Positions 49,401 through 64,000 of a DNA stretch of 64,000 nt are shown one piece after another (the stretch's first letter is position 1; each line of letters starts with the position of its first letter). This DNA is from Ylistrum balloti (taxonomy: Eukaryota). Below the pieces are notes generated by a model that was not told the origin of the DNA, searched no databases, and was given only the letters and a program-made list of their open reading frames with translations. The position numbers and the translations under genes are program-made. Where the stretch lies: the NCBI RefSeq assembly GCF_031769215.1, contig NW_026782116.1:1612001-1676000 (forward strand). Direction: 5' to 3'.

Positions 49401-52400
49401 CAAATTTATGTCTCTCATAAACTCCAAATATATAAAGTCTAAATGCCTGTCTCAGGAACACTAGATATATCGTGGAAATGTGATATACATATATATCAGG
49501 TATTTGATGATAATTATTTACTTCAGGTCACAGATAACTACCTCAGTATATGATTGGTTTACAAAAGTTTTACTGAAACCTATCAGAATAATTATCTATA
49601 GTGAAACATTTGATATTGATTGAAATACATGTTTAATATTTCTGTAGTGATACTTGTTAATACAACCTAAATTTCATTAACTTATCTTTCTTTTATCTTC
49701 CTTGATGGTCATTGGCAACCACAAATGATGAAAACCTTCTGTTTGTGTGTTTTATGAATTAAAACTTAAAAATAGTTAAAGCAATAACTGAGGTTTGTAA
49801 ACATCTCTGAATATAACAGCTACTTAATTATTCCACATTTCATATAATGTATCAGAATTACCATGTGACTTTTAATAAACAAATCAGTATTACAGTGTTA
49901 TTGGATGTCAGACTGTTTATACTTTCTTACACAGGGAATATATAGGCTCGCCACTTTTGTCATTTTTTTCACGGAGTCAAAATGCAGCTTATATTTTAAG
50001 ACACTGGCCATTTACTCTATTTATCCTGCAACATTGGTTGAAATTCACAAAATTAAAACTTCAGTAGATTTGTTGTTCAATCTTTGTTTACCTGTCGTTG
50101 ACGTTACGCTGAATTTTGCCTGATGACATATGCCAAAATAAGAGCTCTGCATGGAGATATAGTTCCAAACTTCATCAGATATTAACAGTGATTTTATGAA
50201 TATTTATAGATCAGCTTGTTCATTACAATATGTCAGATAACTTACTACAGTTACTTATATCAATAAACCTAATTTTAAAGTAAATTCAGAAAGTAATTCT
50301 GTTGAATTACTGCACATGCTTAAACACAGCTGTTTTCCGTCACTGCCGAATACAGCAAAAATATATGTGGCAGGTTGTATTTTGACAATGACATTGCCTA
50401 TCGCAGATAAATATATATATGTGTGTGTGCTATAGGAAATTTTATTATGAACTAAAATTGAGTGTTGTTTTGAATAGGTTTTTGTGAATCACCGACAGGT
50501 ACATATATACTGTATATCATAATTAGGCAGTTAAGTAACCTACCAATATGTTTTATAACTAGGTGGTTTTACAGCTATAGATAGTTAGAACAGGATGTTA
50601 ATTCATGGTATTGTTGACATGTTCTACTCGAGGAAACTGGTGATATTTGTAATTTTCCTGGATGCTATCACTGCAGGAAGTCTAGTCATCAAGTTATATA
50701 TAGGTCTATTTACGTGGTTTATTCGTGAGATAATGCTAGTATTTTAATCTGTATGATACAAATGGAGATTAAATATGTTCAAAGTGAAATGATATAGTTA
50801 CATGTATTTAGATTAGCTATAATGAATATGTACAGGATTTTTTTGTGTGGGAGATTGAACCTGAGATATGAGATACATAAATCTTACTCATGTCCTTTAT
50901 TAGAGTTGTTTCCAGTAGTCCAACCACAAAGCATCTTACAAATGAGAAACTGTTAAATGTGATTACAGAGAGACAATAAAGTTGAAGACTATAGGGAAGT
51001 TTTCTTGGGAAATAGTCATTGTGTTATATAAGTTAGAACTATTCAATGCTCATTAGTACATGTATCAGTGATCGTTTCCTTGTTTTTTACTTTGTTCTTA
51101 TCTGAGAAAATGGCATTACTAATTTTGTTACTTTAATTAATTTATTCTTTTTCCCCTACAGGTCTTTGTGTAAATCTTTCTTTTGTTCATGTTTTGGTGG
51201 AATGTCATTTTGTATTTTTCTAGTTGGTTCTGTTGACTGTTCGTTTTCTAAAGTAAAAAAAAAACCTGATGGATCAGCTGGAAATTAATCAGCTTGAAAC
51301 ATTTTTTTAGTACTAATTAATATATGGTCAAAGATGATAAAAGCTGGTCATCTAAACATCCTTTTTTTCAAGTATGTTTTGATTCATGTTGCAAATTACG
51401 GTTTATATCAATATTCTTGCTATACATTTATAAGTACGGTTTATACAAAGTGAAATTTGTGTTTATTCTGTGTGAAAAACTTTTTGTGGTGAAGCTTTCA
51501 AAGGTATTTCAAGCTTTTCATTGATTTTTGCTCTGGGTTGTTGTAAAGCTTGATGGAAAATGACCTGCTCATTTGCCTGTATAAGCACCAGACAGGAAGG
51601 CTAAATGATGTTTAGCTATTCTCTTACCTCATATATCCCTTAATGGACTTTGAATTATTTGTCTCAAGTAGATCTTTTGAAACAAGTTTTGAAAGCCATA
51701 GGGGTTGATAAAAACAAAATTAGAAAGGCTTGTTTGTTTTTGAAGTACTTTGTAGTGTTGAAAGCTATACTACATATATATTTATGTAAATGTACTTCTT
51801 TAGCCAGCTATGTAGAACATTCATTTAATTGTCTTTTGCACCCAGAGTACCAATTTTATGTCTGTTTGTTTTGAATCAGTCAGCTCATGATATTGTTTAG
51901 ATCTTTTAAATTCTTTCATCTTGGCATGTGTATAGCAAAGAAAGTGACCTATAATGTGTGTATGTATATTGTTATTTGTACATGGATTGGGGGACACTAA
52001 ATCTCAGTCAGTAGAATGTTAAACCTTGCCATCTTGGATGAAGATTTGTGATGTTCGGTTCATTTCTGTCCTAATTAAGGCAGTTCTAGTTTCTTTCCAA
52101 TCTTGAGATTACATGCATTTAATGTAGTGTTGTAATGGGAAAGATACTTTACCCAAGTTGCTCTGGGTAAGTTAAAGTGGGCCTTCCTCATGATGTTCAG
52201 TGAGGTATATGTACATAGCCACCAGCCACTACTAGGAGACCTCAAAGGGAAATTATTGTTCACAGAGCAATAACTTGAGCAAACAAAGGAACAGTCATGG
52301 GTTTGTTAGATAATTCTAGCTCAGGTTTAGTTGCATACATTAACCCTATAAATAATCTTAGTATAGACCAGATTGATATACAGTATGTACTGTTAAAGGT

Positions 52401-55400
52401 TTGTGTAAAGATTCAGATAAATGGTTGTAGATACAGGAAATTAGAAAGAAAGCTAGATGAAGGTTACAAAGGAGGTGGAATTGATCCACACTTTGGTACC
52501 ACCACTATCACTTGATGGGAGGCTCTAATCCTGACTGATCTGTGTTTACAGAAGGATATTGATCACAGTTGTACTATATACTATATTGACCGTTGCCACT
52601 ACTGTTCTAAGTCCACACAGTGCAAATTGTGACCTGATCACTATGTAATGATCATTGACTAAGGTTTTTGTAACTCTGGCCATAGTGTTTTGACACTTGG
52701 CGTAGTGTTGTGTTTCTGGGGATGGTGTTGTGACCTTGGTAATGGTGTTGTGACCTTGATAATGGTGTTGTGACCCTCTCCATGGTGTTTGGAGTCCATC
52801 CACAGTGTTATGACTTCTTGGTCGTGATGTTTTTACTTTGTCCACAGCATTGCGAATCTGGTTATATATATTTCTGTATAAAAGAAGTATCAAACCATTT
52901 ACTAATGCTTAGACAAATGAATGGATTGAAACACTTAAGAATCTTCCAAACCCATTTTGATTTGCATCTGTCTTCCCTATATATATATATATATAGCTGC
53001 TGTCCCACCCCACTGTATTTCTTCCCTAGACTGGTTGTGCCACACTGGTGCTGAGTGTACAGAATACTCAGCCATACATGTACAGTTAACTGTGTATTGA
53101 TCTCACTCTCCTGGAAAAGTAGGATGATTGGGCACTGGTTCTGTAAAGTATACATCATAATTCTCTCTTGAAATCTGAGAAAAAAGCAAAAGATTTATTT
53201 CTTCCAGAAGTGGTCATTTTATGGTGTAAGGGTTAGAAAATAATGGGTTGATATCATCCCAAAGAAGAGACAGTGTGAAAAAAAACGCTGATCTAGTTCA
53301 CTAGGGTGTCTTCATAATACCGCAGATCTTGATGGTTGTTTTCTAGCTGCTGTTTGGTTTCTGAAGAGATATTTTTACCAGAAATCCTGTTCTCTACATT
53401 CAATTATAGTACATGCATGTACATAAGTCTGTAAGGATTCTATGATTCTGTGTAAAATAATCAAAAACTTGATTTATAATTCTGTGTAAAATAAATGATT
53501 TGATTTCTGAATCTGCTGTGTAGGAACCTACAAACTAGTGTTCCATCAAGTACAGCAATGCATTTAGCAGCACTCACATATATATAATCATAATGTTTCC
53601 ATCAGAATACGATAAAAAGGAAACATATTTCTGTTTTTTATCTAAATAATGCGTTTTGTTTCCTTACAATTAAGTGCATGGATATCTCTATGTAGGTAGT
53701 TTTTCCTAATCTTATTTACCCTAAAATATTGTAATGTTGTTTAGTTTGCCAGAGGAATCTGTTGAAATTTAACATTCAAGTGAATCTGTTTATCAATATC
53801 AGGTGAATATCCCCCATCAGTATAGGATGAAATCCAATCAATTTTGCAGAGAGAAATCACTAGATGCAAGGCGAGCTCTCTAAATGGCATTAATCAATTA
53901 CCATGCTACACAGTCTCAGAGCTGAGGAAGGTCGCATCCTACCTTAACGTAGATGGAATATTGCTTTAAACAGGAACCCTTTACACTTCTATTATACTAT
54001 GTTCATTGCTTGCTGTGAATTGTCTGTGTAAATATATTGTGATGTTATATAGAGTGTATGTAGCATTATGACACAATAGAGAATATGGCAGTGTATGATA
54101 GTTTTGCATACATTAGGTTTCAATAACATTAGCCCTTATATCCAGTCATGATAGTCTCCAATGTGAAATATGGATTTTCTTGAAGCTCTTTGGTTAAACA
54201 AGCTTGGCTGTTTGGTTGTTCAGTGTTAGTGATGGGGTTGTCTCCTGTAAAACATAGGTTTGTAATATAACCTGTTTGTGGTGGGCAAAAATGTACAGCT
54301 TAGCAGTGGTGGGGTTACGTTGTTACCCAGTAATATTGATCATGAGTTTATCTTATTAATGATGGGTTTGGACCCTAAAGGGAAAGGGAATTTGTTGTTT
54401 ATTGTCACCTCTCGACAGTGAAAAAGGGAAAAATTGTTAACAAAATTTATAAAAAGTTTGTGAACTGAGCATTTCACAAGTATCTAAAGAATTAAACTAT
54501 GCTTCACCTCAATTCTGTATCGTTAGAAAATTGGACATTACTTAACAGGCAATGTCTGTTAATAAGCTGTCATAAATTTAATGCTGTTCAAAAGAATTAT
54601 AAACAAATGCTTTTTCATTGAATTGCTACAAGTCCACCCTTTGACTTTGTTAGAATTTGGTATGTGTCGGTCCTTTGGGCTTATTGCTTTCTAAATTACA
54701 TTGTCAGTTTATTATAAAACACACTTTACAAGTATGGATGGCATACTGTTTACATAATGTTGGTCAGATTTTGCTGAATACATGCAGTAATCTTATTTTA
54801 GTGCTTTTTGCTCCAAAAATATTATGGCAAAATATTGTCACACTAAATGGAGTTTCTATATTATGTTTATATAGAAGTTGATGGTGTCATATCAAGTATG
54901 TTTACGATATAGAACATTATGCTAGTGCTCATGTGTGTATTTTACAGGTTGTGATATACACATTTAAATCTTTACCCAATTCATCAATTGAAAGGGTAGT
55001 TTTTATTGGTTGAGAGATTTGTTATGTGGAGTTACTGGTCTGTGACATCATGATTTTATGGTTGATTGGTGTTAATGGGTTTGAATGTTCCCTAAATAGA
55101 TTCTGGTCGAGACAGACACAACAGCAGCCCTGGGCTCCTTGATGGAGAAAAAACATTGGCATTCTGTGAGCGTAGGACAGGACATCACAAGTACAATAAT
55201 CAATTGATTGATGTTCGCCGAGCCATATTAATTATTAACGCTTTTGTTGGAATGTTGTTCTTGTAGGAACGCTGGCCACAAGACATAAGACTTTAGTTGC
55301 ATCAATAACCTACGCTTTACTATAGACCTGCTGTATACTTATCACTGTTTTGTTAGTAGACCAGGTCAGTACTGGAAACGGTGCTGGGGACAACATCAGA

Positions 55401-58400
55401 CATAGATAGCCTCCATTGATCACGAGAGTCAATTGGCATTGGGATACATAAGACATTGAGGGTTAGACATGGACACAACTAGGCATGGATCAGCTCTAGG
55501 GCTAGTATGCAGTAGGGGAAACTAGACATTGAGGGTTGTACATTGACACAACCAGGCATGGATCAGCTCTAGGGCTAGTATGCAGTAGGGGAAACTAGAC
55601 ATTGAGGGCTGTACATGGACACACAAACAGGCATAGATCAGCTGTAGGGTTAACAGTAGGGGAAACTAGACATTGAGGGTTGTACATTGACACAATCAGG
55701 TATGGATCAGCTCTAGGGCTAGTATGCAGTAGGGGAAACTAGACATTGAGGGTTGTACATTGACACAAACAGGCATGGACCAGCTTTAGGGTTAACAGTA
55801 GGGGAAACTAGACATCGAGGGTTGTACATGGACACAAACAGGTATGGATCAGCTCTAGGGCTAGTATGCAGTAGGAGAAACCAGACATTGAGGGTTGTAC
55901 AAGGACAAAATCAGGCATGGATCAGCTCTAGGGTTACTTGGCAGTATGCGGGAAACAGATATCGAGGGTTATACATTCACACAAGCAGGCATGGATCAGC
56001 TGTAGGGTTAACAGTTGGGGAAACCAGACATTGAGGGTTATACATTCACACAAACAGGCATGGACCAGCTCGAGGGTCAGTGGGCTGTTTGTGGCACTAT
56101 AGCTATCTAGTTATCCACCTCAGTGAGAACAGCTTTCAACGGCCTATCTAAATATTATTTAGCTTGTTTATGGATGCAAAAGTTAAACACGGAACTACTT
56201 TTGCTCTTATGACCTCAGTTATTATCTCATAAGTTCCTAATGAAAATGGCTGTTTGTTCAAATGTTGACCTCTTAACAACACAACTTCAGGAGGTTATAT
56301 TTAACAGGAAGTAAAGTGTATATAAAGTGAAATAGACAAGTGTCTATAGATTAATATGTAGATCACTGTTACTTACAGTTTGACACTACATTGATACACC
56401 TATAAGATCAACTCTGATTAGGTCCCTGGAAAATTAAGAAATTCTTCACCATTCAAATATCAAATATGAAATTGAACGCTGATACAAGTTTTATTTATTT
56501 GATGAAAACTGTGTGAGTGTGACATCATTTCATTCATATGTAGACCTGATGTGACAATAGGCTATATTACATTGATGTAATACACAAAAATGTACAGTTT
56601 TATTCACTGAATAAGATGGCAAGATTTGTAACAACGGGGCAGCTATTTGAGTTTTAGTGTTCACTAAGATATTACGTTTTTAAAATTCATAAAAGTGTTG
56701 ACAAAACAAATGGAGGGGAACTTTAACATGAGTTGTTTAGATACAAAGTGTAAAAGCCAGTTAAAGTTAACATATATAATAACTAAGCCTTTTCTACAGC
56801 TTACACCTGAGAGAAAACACCAAGTGAAGATTTGAACAAAGGCTGTTATCGTAAATGCAATACTCTTTAAGAAATGGTTGATTTATTTAGTACATTATAA
56901 GTAGTACATCACTTTGTGTTATTAACTTTTTTGTGAGTTAGCAGCAGAATTCCATGTTTGATGCATGCTGTGTTGAGATAATTGTACCTTATACAGATCA
57001 GCTACCAGTACAATGTACACATACATTTATTCCTAGATTGGTGTAAATTCACTATTTATTTTCATTTCAATCCTGAGAGAATCATCAACTATTTATAACA
57101 ATATTTTTGGAAATTTTCCCAGAATCTTACTTTATGCAAACTCTGTTATGCAAAATCTGTCTGAAATTTAGGGACCAACACTGCTGTATATTGAGATTTA
57201 TTTGAATTCCATTGATTGATATGGATTAAGCTTGCAAGATTTGCTGCCAGGAAATTACCACTATCTATCACTTTCTATGGAAGAAATTATTGCGACTTGA
57301 TCACCCCTTATCACAATAGTAGGATGCATGATGTATGTATCAATGTCACAGAAAAGCTTGGAATTGAGATTTTAGCTGGTTATTGTAGTGGCGAAGTCAA
57401 CTTTACTTTGCAACAAGTTCGGTGTAAAATTAGTGTATTAGTACAAGTCAGAAAGTGTTTTCTTGTCAGACCTATGAAATGTTAACACGCTATCTTGTAT
57501 AGGGAAGAGATGAACTATAGAGAATCAGGATAAAGTTAGTGTTAGATATCCTAATGTTACATAATTGAACAGATATTGTTTACCGATCTTTCTCTGCTGA
57601 TAACGGGGTAATTAAAGGCATTGATTTTGTATGGTTGTAACAAGTAAAGAGCTGATAATAGTTCTGCAAAACTTGCTACTCTTCTGACTGCTGCAGTGAT
57701 GGAGAGATAAAGTATAAGGATTTATGAACATTTTCAGAATGTTGATGCTGCTTGATAAATACCCAAACACCTGAGCCATTTTTGTTTTCTAGGTCCTGCT
57801 GTTCTTAAACTCAACAACCATAGCTTGTGTGTGTATTACAGTGTAAAATAAAAACTTTAATGTATCCTAAAACATACATCACATAACTGATACCTTTTTA
57901 TTCTCAAAGGAATTTATGGAAATTTATCACACAAGATGAAATGCTTAAAGATATGTATTATAGTTTGTTAATTGTGTTACTGGTCGGAAGAGAATGCACA
58001 ATGTCAGAGGTCATGATCAGTAGCTGTAGAGTAAATACAAGGTCAGAGGTCAGTGGAGAGTATACAAGGTCACAGGTCAGTAATTGTAGATGAAATACAA
58101 GGTGAGACATCTTTTGAGAAAGTATAAGGATGGAGGTTATTAGTCTAGAGAAAATACAAGGTCAGAAGTCAGTGGAGGATGTACAAGGTCAAAAGTTACT
58201 GGCTATAAAGAAAATTCAAGGTTAGAAGTCAGTTGATATGTACAGGGTCAGAGGTTAGTAGCTATAGAGATAAGACAAGGTCAGAAGAACATTTAAGTTT
58301 ATCTATCAGCAGTTGTCGAAAACATATGAAGTAAGGGGTTAGTAGAAAATGTACAATGTTGTAATATTCTATTTTGCTGAAGTTGAAACTGTCTGAAATA

Positions 58401-61400
58401 AAGACTGTTATTTCTACAGAGACTTCTTGCCCAGAGGAAATGGAATTGTTACCAGGAGACCCTTGGTCTTACAGCTTATCAATGGTAAAACAGGTGAGTG
58501 GCTTAAAAATTATAAACCTACACAGTGATTCTTGTTCTCTTGGGACAGATTTTAAAAACCCAGTAAGACATGAGTTTGATGTTTCAATGAATAAGTTGTA
58601 ATCTGACATGACTTGCACCAGGTTCTTTATTACTGTTTTATAGAGTATGCAGAGTTCTTACACCACAAAGGGAAACCTTTCTCCGATTTTGATATGGTTA
58701 GGAAGGAGATTGAGGCTGAAACCGACAGGATGACGGGTTCAAATAAAGGAATCTCGAATGTGCCAATCAACCTGAGAGTTTACTCTCCAAATGGTAAGTG
58801 ATTGAGAGGTGCCTGTCACTTCAGTTATCACAGAGTGTTATACATATATCAGAATCTAAAGATTTTATTCCTTAAACAGAAATTCTTGGGATACTTGTTA
58901 GGATCTCCCACTTCTCCCTAAATAGTAATCTTCACTGCTGTTTAATTAGATATTTGTTTACTAAACAACAAGTAAACCTATAAAAAAAAGGGCCTGTCAG
59001 GTTCTAGTGCCAGTACAATGTCAGTTTTACCATTAAGAACTGGAGCTTCTCCTTAAAAGTAAATCATACAACTAGGACTTACAGAATCGTGAGAAAAAAG
59101 ACTCAGTAACTTGGCACACCTTAGTTGGTAAATACAAGGTTTGCCAAATATTTGACAATTTCATAATCCTTTTGAGAGGCTTGAGAGTCTCCAGTGTGTC
59201 TGTTTTTATGTGCGCATACATGTAAGTGAATAATTAAAAGCTCACCTACATTCTGTCAATATGATGCTGAAGTCTATTAAGATATTGTACCTATTTATAA
59301 TGATCTAACACAGTCTCAGGTAGTCATGTATAGACACCTGATATTGAGGTTTATGTTGCAGTGCTGAACCTGACATTGATAGACTTACCGGGAATGACTA
59401 AGGTGGCTGTAGGTGACCAGCCTGCAGACATTGAGACCCAGATCCGTAACATGCTCATGGAGTTTATCACCAAGGACACATGCCTCATTCTTGCTGTGTC
59501 ACCGGCTAACACTGACCTCGCCAACTCTGATGCTCTTAAAATTGCTAAGGAAGTTGATCCTCAAGGTATAACGATTTTTCCTGATGTACTTATTAACGAA
59601 ACATATCTGAATGAGTGTTAATCACAAGTCACGCCTAATCAACATACCAGTATACATTTAAGACATGTTGCAGTAATATTTATTAAGTTCCAAGTATGAA
59701 CATTTCATGTCATATTGGTAAAAGAATAAGTAAGAAATAAAATTTTGGGTCAGAAAAAGAGTTGATTATAAAATGAAGCATTATAGAAATGTCAGAAAGC
59801 AAACATGTTTACATGTTTAATAATAATATTTATAAAACAAAACAAAAGTAAATACAACTTAAAATTTCTGAGCTTAACTGTCAGTGTTATGTTTTTGAAG
59901 GGACACGGACAATTGGTGTCATCACCAAGCTAGATTTGATGGACGAAGGCACAGATGCTCGGGACATCTTAGAGAACCGCACATTACCACTACGGCGAGG
60001 TACATTTGAATTTTCTAATTTAAAGAGGACTAATTAAATTTTCAATATATTTTTTTCTGTATTTTGAAGTTTAGTTGGAAATTTCCGTAATACCTGTAAA
60101 CTGTAAATGTAAACACTGGTGAGACTGGCTGTGTATTTTGACCCTCACCAAAACAAAACTTCCGAACAGCCATGTTAAGAAAACCATTTCTGGAGCACAT
60201 TGGATGAGTAAGTTGTGTGACTTTTTTATCTAAAGGTTATGTTGGAGTTGTCAACAGAAGTCAGAAAGATATAGAAGGCAGGAAAGATATACGAGCGGCC
60301 ATGGCTTCGGAACGTAAATTTTTCCTCAGTCATCCAGCTTACAGGTACTGCAAGCTTATTGTATTTAAAGTAATATTGTTGATATTGTTCATCTGCATAA
60401 TGATATCCTCTAGAAATGTAGAGTCATGAAATTTAACATATTACACAGAAAAATGTGAGATAATGTTTTCAGGATATCAAAATTTGATGAAGATAATTGC
60501 TCTAAAAAAAAATGTACTATTATGATATGAATTTGTCGTGTCAAATTAAAGACTAGTGTAATATCAGTTATTCTCAGAGGGATTTTTTATTTTCTTTGCT
60601 TTCGAAATGACTTTTAATCCAAGAATTCATATTTCCACCAAAACTGATAAATGTTCTGAAATCGATTTCTAGCATACTGTAGATTTCATGCATATTATTC
60701 ATCAGTGAAATCAAGCAGTCATGAAATAGTACTGTAATGAAAGAAAATGTAAAGATAATAATTTAAACAAATCTGCAAAATACAGCTCAATGAAAATGTG
60801 TTTCTATCATATTAGAAATAAGCTTGTCACGATTAAAAATCTTTTAATCTAGAGGTGATGTTATTTTATTTTCTGTGTTCTTTCTTACAGACATATGGCC
60901 GATCGTATGGGCACACCATACTTACAGAAAGTGCTTAATGAACAATTAACAAATCACATTAGAGATTCCTTACCAGCACTAAGGAACAGACTACAGTCGC
61001 AGTTACTATCCATGGAGAAGGAAGTTCAAGAATTTAAAAACTTTCGGCCTGATGATCCAGCTCGGAAGACAAAAGCAATGATGCAGTAGGTTCATCATAA
61101 CATTAAAGGAATTCCTAAAACTCATGATTGGAACTGAATTTTCTAACAATTTACTTCAAAATTTTGTTTTAACTAAGAAATTAAGTACATTACCAGTAAA
61201 TTTACTGAGATGCAATTTACTTTGGTTATGGATGAGTGACTTTATGCTAATGTAATTGGCTTTGTAATAGAATTTGAATGGTTGTGATTGATCGTGAATA
61301 CATGCGTTTAATTATCTACTTAGGATATGTGTAATGACTTTGGATAGCTTTAATTGTTCTTTTGCTGTTTTAGTAAGTAATTTGTGTTAAAAATAAATTA

Positions 61401-63790
61401 TTTGAAAATTTGATTTGTGTAATTGACTTAAGATATATGATAATGATTGATTTGATTGGTGGATTATTCACGAAATATTCGAGACCCTATTAGGATATCT
61501 TAAGATAAGTCAAAGTGCAGTTACCTTTGAATTGGTTGGATTGCAGAATGTGTCAACAGTTTAATGTGGACTTTGAAAAAAGTATAGAGGGATCAGGGTC
61601 AGTAATTAACACCAGAGAGTTGTCAGGGGGAGCCAAAATCAACCGCATATTTCATGAAAGGTTTCCTTTTGAGTTAGTCAAGGTATGTATTAATAAATTG
61701 ACTCATGGTTTCAATAATCACTGTTTATAGAAAATATTTCAGAGAGAAATTTCCGTTCATGGAGATTAAGTGAAGGGAAAATCTCTATTCATAGAGGATA
61801 TTTGAGAGGAAAAATTGTTTTTTTGTCAAATATTTTTGAGAAAATCTCTGTTTATAGGGAAAATGAAAGATGGAAAATCTATGTTTATAGGAAACATGCA
61901 AGAGAAAAATCTCAGTATATGGAGAATATGTGAAAGAGAAAACTGAATATTTATGGAGAAAGTCAGAGAGAAATATCTCTGATTATAGAGAATATGTGTT
62001 AGAAAAAATCTCTGTGAATGAAGATTTGTTTCAGAGGGACCCATTGACTAGAAAATACAGCTAGAAATCAATTCTGTATGCCATTCTGTTTTGTTTTGAT
62101 TGGCTGGTATTACATAAAGAGTGAAAATAATTTTGATTCATATTTGTTTTCTACAGATGGAATTTGATGAGCGAGAACTAAGGAGGGAAATCAGTATCGC
62201 CATCAGAAATATCCATGCAATCAGGTCAGTTACAGGCCGATCAGTAGATATTCTTGAGGGGAATATGGGTTCAAATTATCGCTACGTCAAGGGAAAAGTT
62301 TATTAGAATGGCTACTTTAATATATAGTTATAAAGTCTGTTCTGTTGATATTTTCACTTACAACAAAAAAGGCCTTTAGTTGGAAGTTAACTACACAAAC
62401 TCTAAAGAGTAAATATTTTTGGACTTGTCATGTAACTACTCACATGATCTTTACAGAACGGGCTTGTTTACGCCAGATATGGCATTTGAGGCTATAGTAA
62501 AAAGTCAAATACAGAAGCTCATCACCCCTTCAATTAAGTGTGTGGATTTGGTGGTTACCGAACTCACTTCAGTCGTCAGACGCAATACACAACAGGTAAG
62601 TCATACTGTTACAGATAGCAACTCGCCTTACTCAGCAGGTGCTGTACCTAGCTGGTAGATCTCGACACAACTGGTGTATCTTTGTTTTGTAAAAAAAATG
62701 TATTTTTGGGAAAGATCTCTAGACGTCAAAAGATATAGCATTGCAACTTTTCAATGTGTGAAATCTGAGACAATATCTTTCTTATTTATACATTCATGTT
62801 GTTTCCAACAGATGGGTCGTTATCCACGACTTCGTGAGGAGGTGGAGAGAATAGTGAATACAAGGATACGTGAATGTGAACAGAAGGTCAAAGATCAGCT
62901 TCGGCTATTGGTCGAGTGTCAACTAGCATACATGAATACTAACCATGAAGATTTTATTGGGTTTGCTAAGTATGAACCATTCATGTTAAGATTAGCAAAT
63001 TTTTAATTTGTTAGAAATTATCTGATTTTGATCAACTTTGGTTTCGTAAAAATGACTCATTTTCTGTGCTGTCTGGATTTTTTATAGTCAACAATGAGTT
63101 AAAATTAAGAAAAAATTAATACTTTGAAATTTAATTATAAAAGTTTGTTCTCTGCATGGCTTAGTGACCTCTAATTGTTTTGATATATAAGATTAATTAC
63201 TATATAACTGATGTATTTCCATATCAGTGTGAGAAAAATTGATCATTTGTAGCATTTTCATTCCAGTGCCCAAAATAAAACAGAAAACACTCAGAGGAAA
63301 AAAGTTGGGAATCAGGTATATATAATCAGCCTCAAATTTGTTTCTCAATCATGAAAATGATGTGCAGTTTCTGAACAAAAACAATCAATCTCATATGTCT
63401 TAATAAACTTTTAAAACTAATACACATTCAGTTTTAACCAGTTCTTTAAAATAAATCCTTGAAAATAAGTTCTCAGATATTCTTTTTAAAAAGTTTTGCC
63501 ACTCTTGAAAAATTTTGTCTTATGACTGAAAAAGAAAATTGCCAGCATCTTCATTGTTTTTTGTTCTTTATCCTCATGAATCCAAAACAAATGTTTTGTT
63601 TTAGTTACATGTTTCAGCATTTAGCAATGCTGTTGTGTGTTTGATGAACACTGATGTATTCTTTGTGTTACTATAGGTTATCCGTAAAGGCTGGCTCACA
63701 CTCCACAACATAAGTTTTATGAAAGGTGGTTCTAAGGATTTCTGGTTTGTTCTCACAGCTGAGACATTATGCTGGTTTAAGGATGAGGAG
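45516..63790 (+). CDS. DNM: Classical dynamin (DNM1/2/3, shibire orthologue), partial. Exons 45516-45679, 58420-58493, 58644-58793, 59362-59565, 59901-59999, 60236-60344, 60891-61085, 61547-61682, 62157-62224, 62457-62595, 62812-62969, 63267-63315, 63677-63790; continues off-window
   Basis: G1 [23 protein letters not shown] (G2), DLPG (G3), TKLD (G4), middle domain, then PH start VIRKGWL. All introns are GT-AG with continuous phase. The PH domain excludes Drp1/Vps1/Mx. Confidence 0.97.
46430..46469. repeat. (AT)n microsatellite
   Basis: Directly visible. Confidence 0.95.
49011..49180 (+). CDS. DNM: Alternative first coding exon (1b) of dynamin
   Basis: ATG in AAAATG context; [58 protein letters not shown]|GTAAGT, 170 nt, phase 2, in frame with exon 2 at 58420. 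Confidence 0.9.
55451..56075. repeat. 69-73-bp minisatellite (about 9 units, two interleaved subtypes) in dynamin intron 1
   Basis: AGACAT(T/C)GAG at 55451, 55524, 55597, 55668, 55741, 55810, 55883. Confidence 0.9.
58005..58290. repeat. Degenerate tandem repeat with core TACAAGGTCAGAGGTCAGT
   Basis: The core recurs about 8 times just upstream of dynamin exon 2. Confidence 0.6.
61730..62030. repeat. Degenerate purine-rich ~30-bp tandem repeat in dynamin intron 8
   Basis: Recurrent AGAGAAAAATCTCT.TTTATAG-like units. Confidence 0.5.
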
Positions 63791-64000
63791 GTATTTATTC
63801 TAGTTAACACCACATTAAAATCATTTTTATATGTAAGCCTTAAGTTTTCAAATCAATTTCCAAGCTATTGACATCATTTTAGTGAGAGGATATTCTGAAT
63901 TCTGTTTATTTGAAAAAAAAACAACAAAAAATACCTAAGATACTATACAGGTAAAGAATGATGAATAAGAAGCACAACAACTCCCTCCTGCAAGGTCTTC

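Noticed and set aside
62225-62811. Search for a duplicated mutually exclusive exon 10 as in vertebrate dynamins
   Set aside because: Flanking introns (232 and 216 nt) contain no second copy.

Overview
AT-rich, intron-containing animal DNA; the repeat families look like those of bivalve molluscs, possibly a scallop (inference). Gene order: <-ATP13A1 (first 4 coding exons, continuing off the left edge); <-an intact cGAS-like receptor (cGLR, Mab-21 nucleotidyltransferase) with a 5-nt first coding exon and a perfect ISRE just upstream; <-a decayed tandem cGLR copy that keeps the same ISRE; a Tc1 relic; <-a divergent 7-exon Ro60/TROVE gene with a broken MIDAS site and introns full of minisatellites; a divergent promoter; V-ATPase subunit G->; <-an unknown intronless reading frame with an N-terminal BC-box and one in-frame stop; and classical dynamin-> (13 exons, continuing off the right edge). 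Dynamin carries a second, diverged first exon with its own P-loop, not reported by the ORF track. All exon models were built by hand from GT-AG signals and reading-frame continuity. Homology calls come from recalled family motifs, not database searches.
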